Shown in pieces: positions 1 through 9,004 of a stretch of 55,076 bases of DNA. Every line of letters starts with the position of its first letter. The stretch's first letter is position 1. Origin of the DNA: Candidatus Bathyarchaeia archaeon (GTDB taxonomy: Archaea > Thermoproteota > Bathyarchaeia > Bathyarchaeales > Bathycorpusculaceae); contig JBEKGO010000012.1 in NCBI GenBank assembly GCA_050012755.1, positions 1 to 55,076 on the forward strand, read 5' to 3'. The notes below the pieces were generated by a model, which worked only from the letters and a program-made list of their open reading frames with translations, was not told the DNA's origin and did not search any database. Made by a program: the position numbers and the translations under genes.

Positions 1-122
1 CGGTAACGGCTCTACCTTCAAGTTTCTTTTTGATTATCCATTTTCTAAGTTTTTCCCGATCTCTTTCCAACCAAGCACTCCCCCATTTTAGGGAGAATGT
101 AGCCTATTTTAAAGATAGAACA
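1..122 (-). mobile_element. Left end of a probable IS481-like insertion sequence, running off the window edge
   Basis: On the minus strand the kinase frame switches at 122 into TGTTCTATCTTTAAAATAGGCTACA. 5'-TGT ends are typical of IS481. This is followed by GGGGAG and a TTG-started ORF resembling a transposase N-terminus. Confidence 0.6.
2..70 (-). CDS. Putative transposase N-terminus, partial (MERDREKLRKWIIKKKLEGRAVT...)
   Basis: Manual translation: TTG at 70, RBS-like GGGGAG at 79-84, frame open to the window edge. Resembles the lead-in to an IS481-type HTH. Confidence 0.55.
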   Translation of the reverse strand, partial: MERDREKLRKWIIKKKLEGRAVT

Positions 123-1537
123 GTTAATTGTCCACCGTCAGGCATGGCTTGCACTGCATTCGTTATTAAGTTGGTTAGAACGCGCTTTACGAGTTGGGGG
201 TCTGCTTTTATTTGAGGAAAATCATTTTTCGTTTGCGTTTGAACCGAAATGTTAGCTGGAATAGCGATTGAAAATATTACGGCATCAACGATTTCCTTGA
301 GTTTAACAGGTTTTTTATCTATTTTGATGGGGCGAACGAACGCTTGCAAGTCAGAAACAATCTTGTCCATGTAAACCGCTTGTTCTTCTATAGTGTGCAT
401 AGACTCCTGCAAATTGTTCTTGAGGTCACTGTTAGAAAGTGACTCAACCTCGATTTTAGCTAAGTACAATTCGCCCGCTATCGTTTGAAGCGGATTACGA
501 AGATCATGACCCACCATACCAGCTGTTTGACCAATAGCTGCTAGACGCTCAGAATCCTTAAGCTGCTTAGTACGTTCTTCGATAAGATTCTCCAAAATTC
601 CAGCATGCTGTTCAAGATTCTTTTGACGCTCTTTCTGCTCTGAAATATCTCGAACAATGGACCATATTCCTTTTGCTTTTCCTCTGCCATCAGTCAACCG
701 CCAAGTTCTAACGGAAGCAGGAAAAATCGAGTTGTCCTTGCGTTTGTACTCTCTCTCAAAAAGGATTGAGTGCCCGGTCTGCAAGACTTTTTTAACGATT
801 CTTTCCCTCTGATCTAACCATTTCTCGGGCAACAAGGACTGAACAGAGAGACTTTTCAACTCTTTTTTTGAGTAACCAAGCATTTTGGCATAAGCTTTGT
901 TGCAGTCAATCATCCGTCCCTGAAGATCCCGTGCCATGATTCCATCTTGAGTTGTCTCGTACAGTCGACGGTACGTCGTATGTGAATTAATGAGCTCTTG
1001 TTCCCATCTTTTTCGATTCTCAAGATCCCTGGCATTTTGTTTTTTTTGTATAGTTATATCCGTAAAAACTGAAATAATAAAGTCTTTTTTTGGGGAGCAA
1101 GCGTAAACTTGAAACCATTTATTCTGAGACACCCCGTAAGTTTCAAAATACTGTGGTTTACCAGTTGTAGCTACTTTATGGTAAATGTCAATCCAGCTCA
1201 CTGGTTTATTTTTCAGTTTAGTGGTGAACTGCGTTGCCTGCTTACCAACGTGTTGTCTTTTGAACACGTGAATGTCATCATAAGCCTTGTTGCTTTTGAG
1301 AAGGATCAAGCCACTTGGACTAGAGTTGTTGTCATAAACCATCTCAAACAAGGCGACGCCTTGAGGTAAATTATCGAATAAAAGTCCGAATTGTTGAGTG
1401 CTTATTCCTAACTCTTCAAGCGGCTTTTCGATTTTGCGCTCACCATCTCTATGATAAAGGAGTTTCTTTAAAGATGGTGTTAATGGAGGAATCTGTTTTT
1501 TTGATACTGATTGAGCAACATCGATAGATTTTACTAT
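104..1537 (-). pseudogene. PAS-PAS-HisKA sensor histidine kinase with truncated HATPase domain
   Basis: Two PAS domains, H-box GMVGHDLRNPL and N-box NLITNAVQAM are present. The ORF stops at ...GGQLTVLSLK before the G1/F/G2 boxes. The frame is open upstream of the track start (1351) to an ATA at 1537. Confidence 0.8.
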
Positions 1538-2036
1538 CTTATTACTCCCCTAACAACTGTTCCCCTAACAACCGTTTAATTATTGAGTAAATAGCATAAA
1601 AAACTTTCCAATATCTCATGTGTTAATACAATAGTTATTTACTTTGAAAGCCTATTGCGCTACGTTTCGCTTTGGTTTCCAAAGTCAAAGCGAATTGAAT
1701 AATCAAAAATCCCATGAAAAGGATTAAAAGAGTAACTTAATCCCGCCCAAGAAAACCTGCGTTTTGTGTTTTCCCAACCTCTGAAAAGCGTAGCTTTCTC
1801 AGAGCACCATTAAAATTCTTCGGTTAAGATGAAGTTTGGGCATAGATTTTCCTAAAAGCTTGGTCAAATCTTGGGCTAAGATAAAAGTCAATCAAGCAAG
1901 CATATATAAAATTGAGTGCTGCCTTAGCTCACAGGCTATTCAGTCGTGGGGAATTCGTGTTTTTTTGGGCAGACTTTGAGTTTTAATTCAGAAATAGTCT
2001 TAAAGTTGTCTAGTTGATAGTATTTGCGAAGTCTGT

Positions 2037-3221
2037 ATGCCTACTAATTTGCCGCCAGAAGCAATGGACAAATGGGAGCTAGTTGAAGCTGCCCATACGC
2101 CTAGAGAAAAAATGGATGCCATGATTGAGTTCCTAAAGTATGTTCCACATCACAAAGGCACCATGAAACTGCGAGGCGAAATGAACAGGAAAATTTCTCT
2201 TATCCGCGCTGATTTAGACAAAAAGAAGCGCATGGGCACGGGCAAGAGCAGCGGCGGGCCAAAGCTGTTTATTGAAAAGCAAGGTTCAGCACAAGTGGCA
2301 TTAATAGGCATGACCAATGTGGGCAAAAGCTGCTTAATGAAAGCAACAACTAATTCAAAAGTACTAGTCACCCCAACTCCTTACAGCACCCATGAGCCAG
2401 TGCCGGGAATAATGACTTATGGGGATGTGCAGTTTCAGATTGTTGAGGCGCCTGCAGTTATGGAGGGCAGTGCGGATGGACGGGCAGCGGGGCATGTTAC
2501 GCTTGGGTTAGCTCGGAATGCTGACGGCGTAATTTTGATGGTTGATTTGTCCCTTGATCCAATTAAGCAGTTGGAGCTACTTTTGGGTGAGTTAGAGAAG
2601 AGCCGTGTTTTAGTCAATAAGCCCAGTGGACGCGTATATGTTGAACGTCGCCATGCTGGTTCAGCGTTGCGCATTATTCTTGTGGGTAGACTTTTAGATT
2701 GCAGTATGCAAGATGTTGAGGATTTACTGCGCAGCTACAAACTAAACGATGCCATAGTAAAAATCAGCGGAAACATTCGACTTGACGACGTGGAAGACGC
2801 AATCTTTGAAACCACCACCTACAAACCCGCCGTGATTGTTGCTAACAAGTTGGATTTGAAGGGTGCAGCCGCAAATCTGCGTATTTTGAAGCAATACGTC
2901 GATGGAAAGTTGCCCGTTATAGCTATGTCATGCGAACAGAAAATTGGAATACCAGAGTTAGGAAAAGCGCTTTTCGAAAGTCTAAAAGTTATTCGAGTTT
3001 ATACCAAAGATCCTGGTTCTAAACAGGATACGGGTCACCCGTTTGTTATGAAATATGGGGCAACAATTAACGATTTGGCGCGAAACATTCACAAAGAGAT
3101 GCTTGAGAATTTTATGTTTGCTATGGTGTGGGCTAAGCGTTTACCGTTTAGTCCTAAAAAAGTTGGTATGAATTTTGTTTTGGACGACGGCGACATTGTG
3201 GAAATTCATACAAGACTCTAG
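2037..3221 (+). CDS. DRG/OBG-family GTP-binding protein with C-terminal TGS domain
   Basis: P-loop GMTNVGKS, NKLD G4 motif, HHKGT N-terminal segment, TGS-type end LDDGDIVEIH. Confidence 0.9.
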   Translation: MPTNLPPEAMDKWELVEAAHTPREKMDAMIEFLKYVPHHKGTMKLRGEMNRKISLIRADLDKKKRMGTGKSSGGPKLFIEKQGSAQVALIGMTNVGKSCLMKATTNSKVLVTPTPYSTHEPVPGIMTYGDVQFQIVEAPAVMEGSADGRAAGHVTLGLARNADGVILMVDLSLDPIKQLELLLGELEKSRVLVNKPSGRVYVERRHAGSALRIILVGRLLDCSMQDVEDLLRSYKLNDAIVKISGNIRLDDVEDAIFETTTYKPAVIVANKLDLKGAAANLRILKQYVDGKLPVIAMSCEQKIGIPELGKALFESLKVIRVYTKDPGSKQDTGHPFVMKYGATINDLARNIHKEMLENFMFAMVWAKRLPFSPKKVGMNFVLDDGDIVEIHTRL

Positions 3222-3438
3222 CGTAGATTATCCGTGTGTTCTATTGGCAAATAGATGTCTGACTAGCCTCTCTATGCTTGGCTGCAATTTGGACAAACGT
3301 ACAATATTAGTGGTTCTATAGCTAATTTTTTGGAAGTATGAGTTTTGAAATACATTAGCCAGTGAACAAACAGATAGTTTTTTATCCAACCTGTGGCAAT
3401 CACCTATTTGGGAAGAAATAGTAATCGAGGAATCTTAG

Positions 3439-3720
3439 ATGAGATTTCAACAACCTTTACCTCATTGGAACAACTTTACTGTTCCAGAATTAAAGCAAAT
3501 TATGGTTCATTGCAGAGCGTTAGAGAGACTCGGAATCGCCCAAGATGAAGAAATGATGATCTCTATTGAAAGAGACATTACAATGCGAGAGAAAATAAGC
3601 GCGCAACCCTTTGAACCGAAACTCGCAAAAACAAGAGAAACAGAAAAACAAAAGCTACCTAAAATAAACAAGAAAGAGCAGCCACAAGAGCTGTTATTGG
3701 AACAAACTGCTAACAATTGA
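3439..3720 (+). CDS. Hypothetical protein (93 aa)
   Basis: ORF with GAGG RBS upstream and T-rich tract downstream; no motif recognised. Confidence 0.65.
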   Translation: MRFQQPLPHWNNFTVPELKQIMVHCRALERLGIAQDEEMMISIERDITMREKISAQPFEPKLAKTRETEKQKLPKINKKEQPQELLLEQTANN

Positions 3721-3874
3721 AAAAACCAGTTTCGAGTTGCTTTTTTCGTCTCTAATTCAGATGCAAGTATGCAAATTATTCACTCGGGTTTGATTTTGGA
3801 TTTTATGAATTAAGACATAAATTTTTTTAACAAGTTTTAAATGTGCACAGCTTAGAAAGGAAGTGAGGGAAAAA

Positions 3875-4036
3875 TTGAAGAAGTGCGGCTTGTGTGGAGA
3901 AGAAATTAAAGATGGCAAATATTTCACGATATACCAGTGTAAGGGTACTGAAAGCAGACTTGTATTGATAGCCTGTGAAAAAGACTTCAAGGACAAACAA
4001 TACCGAGAAATCATCATGAAAATCTCAAGCATGTGA
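3875..4036 (+). CDS. Small Cys-containing, probably Zn-binding protein (53 aa, MKKCGLCGEEIKDGKYFTIYQCKG...IACEKDF...)
   Basis: Manual translation below the track cutoff: TTG start after GAGGGA, N-terminal CxxC knuckle, distal CxxD. Confidence 0.6.
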   Translation: MKKCGLCGEEIKDGKYFTIYQCKGTESRLVLIACEKDFKDKQYREIIMKISSM

Positions 4037-4088
4037 GCGGTTAGATCAGAATAAGCCTTAAATCTGCACTGAATAGAAATAGCATAAC

Positions 4089-4382
4089 ATGACAAAAAGA
4101 TTGACAACAATCATTGTTGTAGCCAACGTGATAATGGGTTTGCTTCTGTATCTGTCCAGTCAATTAGTGCTCTTTAACATCAACTCACCGGTGCAAAATC
4201 CTGTAACAGTAGCTGGATTTAATATTTTCACAATCTATCTCCAGCCTCCGCAAGTCGGTTCTGGAGTCATTTTGCCGATTGTTTGGGGTACGCCTAATTA
4301 CCCGTTCTATGCCTTTGCCACCTTTTTGGTGGTGAATGCTTGTTTTATAATAATATTGCTAAGAAACAAGGAAACAAAATAA
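4089..4382 (+). CDS. Small membrane protein (two hydrophobic segments)
   Basis: N- and C-terminal hydrophobic stretches. Confidence 0.65.
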   Translation: MTKRLTTIIVVANVIMGLLLYLSSQLVLFNINSPVQNPVTVAGFNIFTIYLQPPQVGSGVILPIVWGTPNYPFYAFATFLVVNACFIIILLRNKETK

Positions 4383-4423
4383 ACTCGTCTGTAAAAAAGA
4401 AAGAACAAAAGATAAAGAAGTTT

Positions 4424-5011
4424 TTATCTGCTTGATTGTGCGACGCGTTCAATTTCGTTGCGTTTTGCGACGCCTGCGCTTTTGATGTCTTTGGCTGCTG
4501 CAAGAATGAGTTCGTCTGCGAGTGTTTCTTGTATGCTTTTTGGGTTGTTTATGCTTGCTGCTCTTGCCCCTTCACTTATATGACGTATGGCGAGGTCGAT
4601 TCTGCGTTGTGGAGCAACGTCAACGGATAGGTGGTAGACGACTCCTCCGTAGCTGATTCTTGTGGTGTCTTCGCATGGTGATGCATTTTCAACGGCTTTG
4701 ACGAGAACTTCGATTGGGTTTTTGCCTGTTTTTGCGTTGATGATTTCGAATGCTTCTTTGACTATGTTGGTTGTTTTTGCTTTTTTGCCGCTGTTTTTGC
4801 CTGATCGCATGAGGCTGTTGATTAAGCGTTCGACTACGTTGACTTTTGCTTTGCGGAAGCGTTGGTGCTCGTGGCGTCCCATGCTGTGTGGGGCAACCAT
4901 TGGGGTTAAATTCAGGTATCTTTGTAGGCCGATGTCTACGACTGTGACGTCTTTGAAACTCCATTTTTGGAAAAGTTTGATGTCTTCGGGTTGAGCTATT
5001 GCTTGTGACAT
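4424..5011 (-). CDS. rps7: 30S ribosomal protein uS7
   Basis: Archaeal S7 motifs KLFQKW, PHSMGRH, SVDVAPQRRIDLA, ERVAQSSR. Confidence 0.98.
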   Translation of the reverse strand: MSQAIAQPEDIKLFQKWSFKDVTVVDIGLQRYLNLTPMVAPHSMGRHEHQRFRKAKVNVVERLINSLMRSGKNSGKKAKTTNIVKEAFEIINAKTGKNPIEVLVKAVENASPCEDTTRISYGGVVYHLSVDVAPQRRIDLAIRHISEGARAASINNPKSIQETLADELILAAAKDIKSAGVAKRNEIERVAQSSR

Positions 5012-5016
5012 ATCTA

Positions 5017-5457
5017 TTACCTTGCTGGTTTCTGTTTTCGTCCGTAGACGAGTTCGTTTAGGCTTACGCCGTTAACCATAACAACTTTCCATCTAACGCC
5101 TGGAATGTCTCCCATGGCGCCGCCTCTTGTGCCTCCGATGCCTTCAACAACAACTTCGTCGTGTTCGTCAACAACGTTGAGTGCGCCGTCTCCAGGTAGG
5201 AACGCGGTGATGGTTCTTCCGTTTTTGATAAGTTGTGTTCTGACGCATTTTCTGATGGCGCTGTTGGGCTGTTTTGATTCAACACCTACTTTTTCTAGAA
5301 CGATCCCTCGGCTTTGGGGTGCACCCTGCATAGGGTCAACTTTTTCGTCTAGCATAAGCATGCGCCTGTTAAAGTAACGATCAGACCAACGGAAATTCTT
5401 CCGTTTCTTCGCTAGTTGCCTTGCGGCAAATTCGCCTCTTGGAGATTTAGAACCCAT
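5017..5457 (-). CDS. rps12: 30S ribosomal protein uS12
   Basis: [21 protein letters not shown] and [10 protein letters not shown] motifs. Confidence 0.98.
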   Translation of the reverse strand: MGSKSPRGEFAARQLAKKRKNFRWSDRYFNRRMLMLDEKVDPMQGAPQSRGIVLEKVGVESKQPNSAIRKCVRTQLIKNGRTITAFLPGDGALNVVDEHDEVVVEGIGGTRGGAMGDIPGVRWKVVMVNGVSLNELVYGRKQKPAR

Positions 5458-5783
5458 ACTTCAGATATTCCTTCTTTTGCACATCCATAGTCAATATTCC
5501 AATATATAAACAACACGAACAAAATCCGTCAAGTTAGAAGAAGTTGTTTATCTCTAAGGGATGAAAAAGAAAAATTGGACAACGAGAATAAGCATAACCC
5601 CATAGCGAAGAGGTCACTTTTAGGCGGCTATGTGAGTACTCTTTGTTTGAGTATAGTAAATTTGTGTTCAAATAAAGGGTAGCCTGCATTCCTTATTGTT
5701 CTCAATTACTAAACTAGCCAAGATGGACTTTCAGCAAAATTTTATAAGCGATTGCAGGGTTAATAATTAGCATCTGAAAAGGA

Positions 5784-6473
5784 ATGTCCGAACCAGATCC
5801 GCGGAAACACTATGATTTTGTTAGTTATGGTCGATCGTTGAAGGTAAATATGCCTTTGGTTATAGATGAGCATGAAAATACTCACATCACCGTTTACAAT
5901 TTGGACGATAAGGCTGACCTTAGTCTTAAAATTCAGACAACGGGTGCCCTAGTTTTGCAATACAATAATGCCGAAACAAACCACATTGATGATGGCAAAA
6001 TTGCGAAAAAGGGCAATAATTCATATCCAATTCAATCGCCAGTTAATTGTGAGTATCCATCAGGAACGGAAGGGGAATGTGTCGCCCAAGTTAATATTTG
6101 CTTTACAAAAATTGAAAAACTTCTTGGTGAAGAGGTTCCTTCAGATAGTTTAAGCGTTGATTTGTACATTCGCCGAAAACTGTTAAATGTATTTACCGCG
6201 ATGTGGAAAAGTGCCAATGGTTTCCTCACAAACATTGGAAGTTCAGCCATAATTACTGCTCTCGTTGCGGTTGCTACTTTTTTTATTGGCAGTAGCCTAG
6301 CTTCCTTGATACCTGAATTTGCAACTTTATTTATTGCTTTTGCTCTGTTTTTTTCATTGGGGCGTTCTTGGTATACACGGGATAAATTTCTAAAAAAGAG
6401 ATTAGAATGTAATAATGAATATCAAGATTTAACCTCTCGATTGGAACAGGAGGCGAGTAGAAATGTCAATTGA
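5784..6473 (+). CDS. Hypothetical membrane protein (soluble N-domain, two TM helices, coiled tail)
   Basis: 229-aa ORF with TTTATAAG promoter-like element upstream; overlaps the next ORF. Confidence 0.65.
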   Translation: MSEPDPRKHYDFVSYGRSLKVNMPLVIDEHENTHITVYNLDDKADLSLKIQTTGALVLQYNNAETNHIDDGKIAKKGNNSYPIQSPVNCEYPSGTEGECVAQVNICFTKIEKLLGEEVPSDSLSVDLYIRRKLLNVFTAMWKSANGFLTNIGSSAIITALVAVATFFIGSSLASLIPEFATLFIAFALFFSLGRSWYTRDKFLKKRLECNNEYQDLTSRLEQEASRNVN

Positions 6474-6765
6474 TATTGAAAAATTACCGAAGAAAATACG
6501 TAGAGGAGAAGCTGGAACTATAGTTCTGAAGCTTCCGCAGACAAAAAGTTTAAAAATTTTAAGAATTGAGTTACCTGATGGCGTAACCAGCACAAGTGGA
6601 AATGTAATTACGTTAGCTCCGGATTTAACGCACATTAACATACCAATTTTAGTCGGCAAGAATGCTAAGCAAGGAAAAGTCAAGTTCTCAATGTCCGAAA
6701 AAATGACAGGAAAAATCCAGCCAAACGAGTTGTTAGCGGATCACAATTTGAACATTGACGAATAA
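6463..6765 (+). CDS. Hypothetical protein (100 aa, beta-rich)
   Basis: GGAGG RBS upstream; overlaps the preceding ORF. Confidence 0.6.
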   Translation: MSIDIEKLPKKIRRGEAGTIVLKLPQTKSLKILRIELPDGVTSTSGNVITLAPDLTHINIPILVGKNAKQGKVKFSMSEKMTGKIQPNELLADHNLNIDE

Positions 6766-6961
6766 TTAGCACTCCGTTTTTTTCGTATTGGACAGTTAAT
6801 AAATCACTTCGCGTTCTCCTAACTTCTTAGCGAGATGTTTCTGCTCTTGAAAGCAAACGTTTTTCCACGAGCATTCTAAAGGTTTTCAGCATTTGCTATT
6901 ATGACATAGTAGTAGCAACCGTGCTGTAGGTGCGTGTTGTTGTCAAGTTGGGTTCTTTGGG

Positions 6962-6983
6962 TTAGTCAAGAAATATCGACGAA
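6962..6983. promoter_or_regulatory. Degenerate copy of the TTAGTCAA-N6-TTGACTAA palindrome, next to a BRE/TATA-like element
   Basis: TTAGTCAAGAAATATCGACGAA; its first 12 nt match the copies at 36691 and 36725. Confidence 0.45.
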
Positions 6984-7258
6984 AACACTTTTTACGCCTC
7001 TCAAACTCAGAACAAATGACACAAGCAAAATGGTTGGCTAATCTTAGGTCTTTAGCTTGTTTGGTTGAATCAGTGGCACTTGGCCTACGTGGTCGATTTG
7101 TTGTTTGCCAGACAACTTTTGCTGCTATGGCTTCGGCATCGGTAAAGACATTATTTTTGGAAAATTAAATAATATATTTGGGTAAAATCAATCGCCATTT
7201 CTAGCGAAAGCTTTTAGGTTATAAAAGCAGGTATTAAGTAAAATAAGAGGCGATATGA

Positions 7259-7360
7259 ATGGAAAAGAAATGTCCTGTTTGTAAGAAGAAGTATACTACG
7301 TTTGATGTTAAGTCGAAGTATTGTAGTGATGCTTGCGCTAAAAAAGCGGGTAAAAGGTAA
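7259..7360 (+). CDS. 33-aa C4 zinc-finger microprotein, copy 1 (MEKKCPVCKKKYTTFDVKSKYCSDACAKKAGKR)
   Basis: CxxC...YCSxxC pattern; GAGG RBS; paralog at 8170 differs almost only at synonymous sites. Confidence 0.85.
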   Translation: MEKKCPVCKKKYTTFDVKSKYCSDACAKKAGKR

Positions 7361-7370
7361 AGCCTGCCAG

Positions 7371-7808
7371 TTAGCTTTCGGACAATAGATCCTTAAAAGT
7401 TAGATTTGTGTTTTTCCAAGTTATTTTTTGTATTTTTAGAAGTTCTTTGTCATGTGTATAAATGACGGGTATTTTGTTTACTATATAGCTGGCTACTATA
7501 AGGGCATCTCTTCCTCCGAGCGCATGCCTTACTGATAAGTTAAGGGCAATATGACTTGTTTTTTTGGTTTGGTTAAAGAAATCAATAAAAGGATGCCTCA
7601 ACAAAGCATCAAGCCGCACTGCTGCTTCTTCTGAAGACCATTTTTGACCAAAAACGAGTGTATGGTATGTCTCATGGAGAACGGTTGGGTTTAATGCGAG
7701 CTTACTTTCCTCGGACAGATTCAGAAGTAAACTGCCAAGAATTTTGTTTTCAGGGTACGCTTTATCTAACGTATAACATAGGATGTTGGTGTCCAAGCCT
7801 GCAATCAT
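7371..7808 (-). CDS. vapC: PIN-domain toxin (VapC family)
   Basis: LDTNIL, conserved E in VLHE, RDALI and THDKEL acidic PIN motifs. Confidence 0.9.
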   Translation of the reverse strand: MIAGLDTNILCYTLDKAYPENKILGSLLLNLSEESKLALNPTVLHETYHTLVFGQKWSSEEAAVRLDALLRHPFIDFFNQTKKTSHIALNLSVRHALGGRDALIVASYIVNKIPVIYTHDKELLKIQKITWKNTNLTFKDLLSES

Positions 7809-8048
7809 TTAGGCGCCTTTCCAGATTGCCTTCATTTTCTCAGGAGGCCAGCACTCAGGTTTGCCTGTTCTGTGTGGTTCTGAAGTTATTAATTTCTTGA
7901 ATTCTTCTAGAAAGTCCTTTTGTTTTCCTGGTAGCAGGAGATATCCTCGTGGAGTTTTTTTTATAAGGGCGGTGTCTCCGATTTCTGCTCTGATTTCTGC
8001 TGGAATGCAGATTCTGCCCTTTGAATCGACTTTGACGATTTGCTCCAT
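7809..8048 (-). CDS. vapB: AbrB/MazE-type antitoxin (VapB)
   Basis: VKVDSKGRICIPAEIR AbrB motif; its stop abuts the PIN start; ATG at 8048 preferred over 8078. Confidence 0.88.
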   Translation of the reverse strand: MEQIVKVDSKGRICIPAEIRAEIGDTALIKKTPRGYLLLPGKQKDFLEEFKKLITSEPHRTGKPECWPPEKMKAIWKGA

Positions 8049-8169
8049 CTTTCCCACACCACAGAGTGGGACAATCAATCATTTAAAACTTTCTAAAACA
8101 CAAGCATTTTTAGAAAAAGTTTTTACCTTATCACTAAGCCATATACCAATATTGTGAGGTGTAATTTGT

Positions 8170-8271
8170 TTGGAGAAGAAATGCCCAGTTTGCAAAAAGA
8201 AATACACAACCTTCGACTCAAAATCAAAGTATTGCAGTGATGCTTGCGCTAAGAAAGCGGGTAAGCGTTGA
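8170..8271 (+). CDS. 33-aa C4 zinc-finger microprotein, copy 2 (MEKKCPVCKKKYTTFDSKSKYCSDACAKKAGKR)
   Basis: TTG start after GAGGTG; 32/33 residues identical to copy 1. Confidence 0.85.
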   Translation: MEKKCPVCKKKYTTFDSKSKYCSDACAKKAGKR

Positions 8272-8366
8272 GACTGCTTTAGCTTGAGCAAAGCAAAGCA
8301 GTTTTTGTTTTTCTGTTTTTGGCTTTTTTCCCTGAAAAAGCATGGTTTGCTATGTTGAAAAGCAGC

Positions 8367-8981
8367 CTATGATTTAATCTCTATTTTCACAAGAAAGTAT
8401 GCCCAGTAACTGCCTTCGGTTAACAATCCTTGAGGCCCCACAAGGGCTATGCTCAGAGGCCCTTTGTCTGAAGCCAGGCTTGTGCAATTGCAGTAGTAGG
8501 CAACAATAACCGTTAATGGTTGCGAGGGTTGTACTGTGGCATCTGTTGTTGGGTCATAAGTTGTTAGGTTTAATCCTTGTACCTGTTGATATGTAAATGT
8601 TGTCTGGTAGCCATCTGAGCCGGTAACAGTCACGTTGTCGCTGCTTGTAACTCCTCCGACTAAATTCAGAAGAGTCAAAAGAGGCACTCCCGTGAAGTTC
8701 CCAACATAAGTTTTTCCTTCTTCACTGTATCCGCCATTTGCCGTGATGGATTTCAAGGCGGCAAGCTCGTTTGAGTTCAGAATCTTTTGTTGACCATCAG
8801 CTCCCACTAGAGTCAAGCTCAGGTTAGGAAGAGTAACCTTTGACTTTGAATTGGAGGATAATTCATAGATCTGCCAGGAAGCCACGACAGCCACCACGAC
8901 GATAGCGATAACAGCAACCGCTAACATTTTCTTGCCAAATTTAATTTTTGCTCCCTTGTTTGCGTTCATTTGTTTATTCAT
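8367..8981 (-). CDS. Membrane-anchored protein with molybdopterin-oxidoreductase-like domain
   Basis: N-terminal TM; FTGVPLLTLL, GSDGY and GPL motifs; no Mo-ligating Cys motif evident. Confidence 0.6.
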   Translation of the reverse strand: MNKQMNANKGAKIKFGKKMLAVAVIAIVVVAVVASWQIYELSSNSKSKVTLPNLSLTLVGADGQQKILNSNELAALKSITANGGYSEEGKTYVGNFTGVPLLTLLNLVGGVTSSDNVTVTGSDGYQTTFTYQQVQGLNLTTYDPTTDATVQPSQPLTVIVAYYCNCTSLASDKGPLSIALVGPQGLLTEGSYWAYFLVKIEIKS

Positions 8982-9004
8982 CCCTTAATTTTTTACTAAT
9001 TAAC

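Noticed and set aside
1547-1572. Short direct repeat CCCCTAACAAC x2
   Set aside because: Only two short copies in a leader region; no function can be supported.
3757-4110. 117-aa minus-strand ORF
   Set aside because: Overlaps better-supported plus-strand ORFs at 3875 and 4089; no motif.
8079-8291. 70-aa minus-strand ORF
   Set aside because: Antisense to the zinc-finger microprotein at 8170-8271, whose frame is supported by synonymous divergence.
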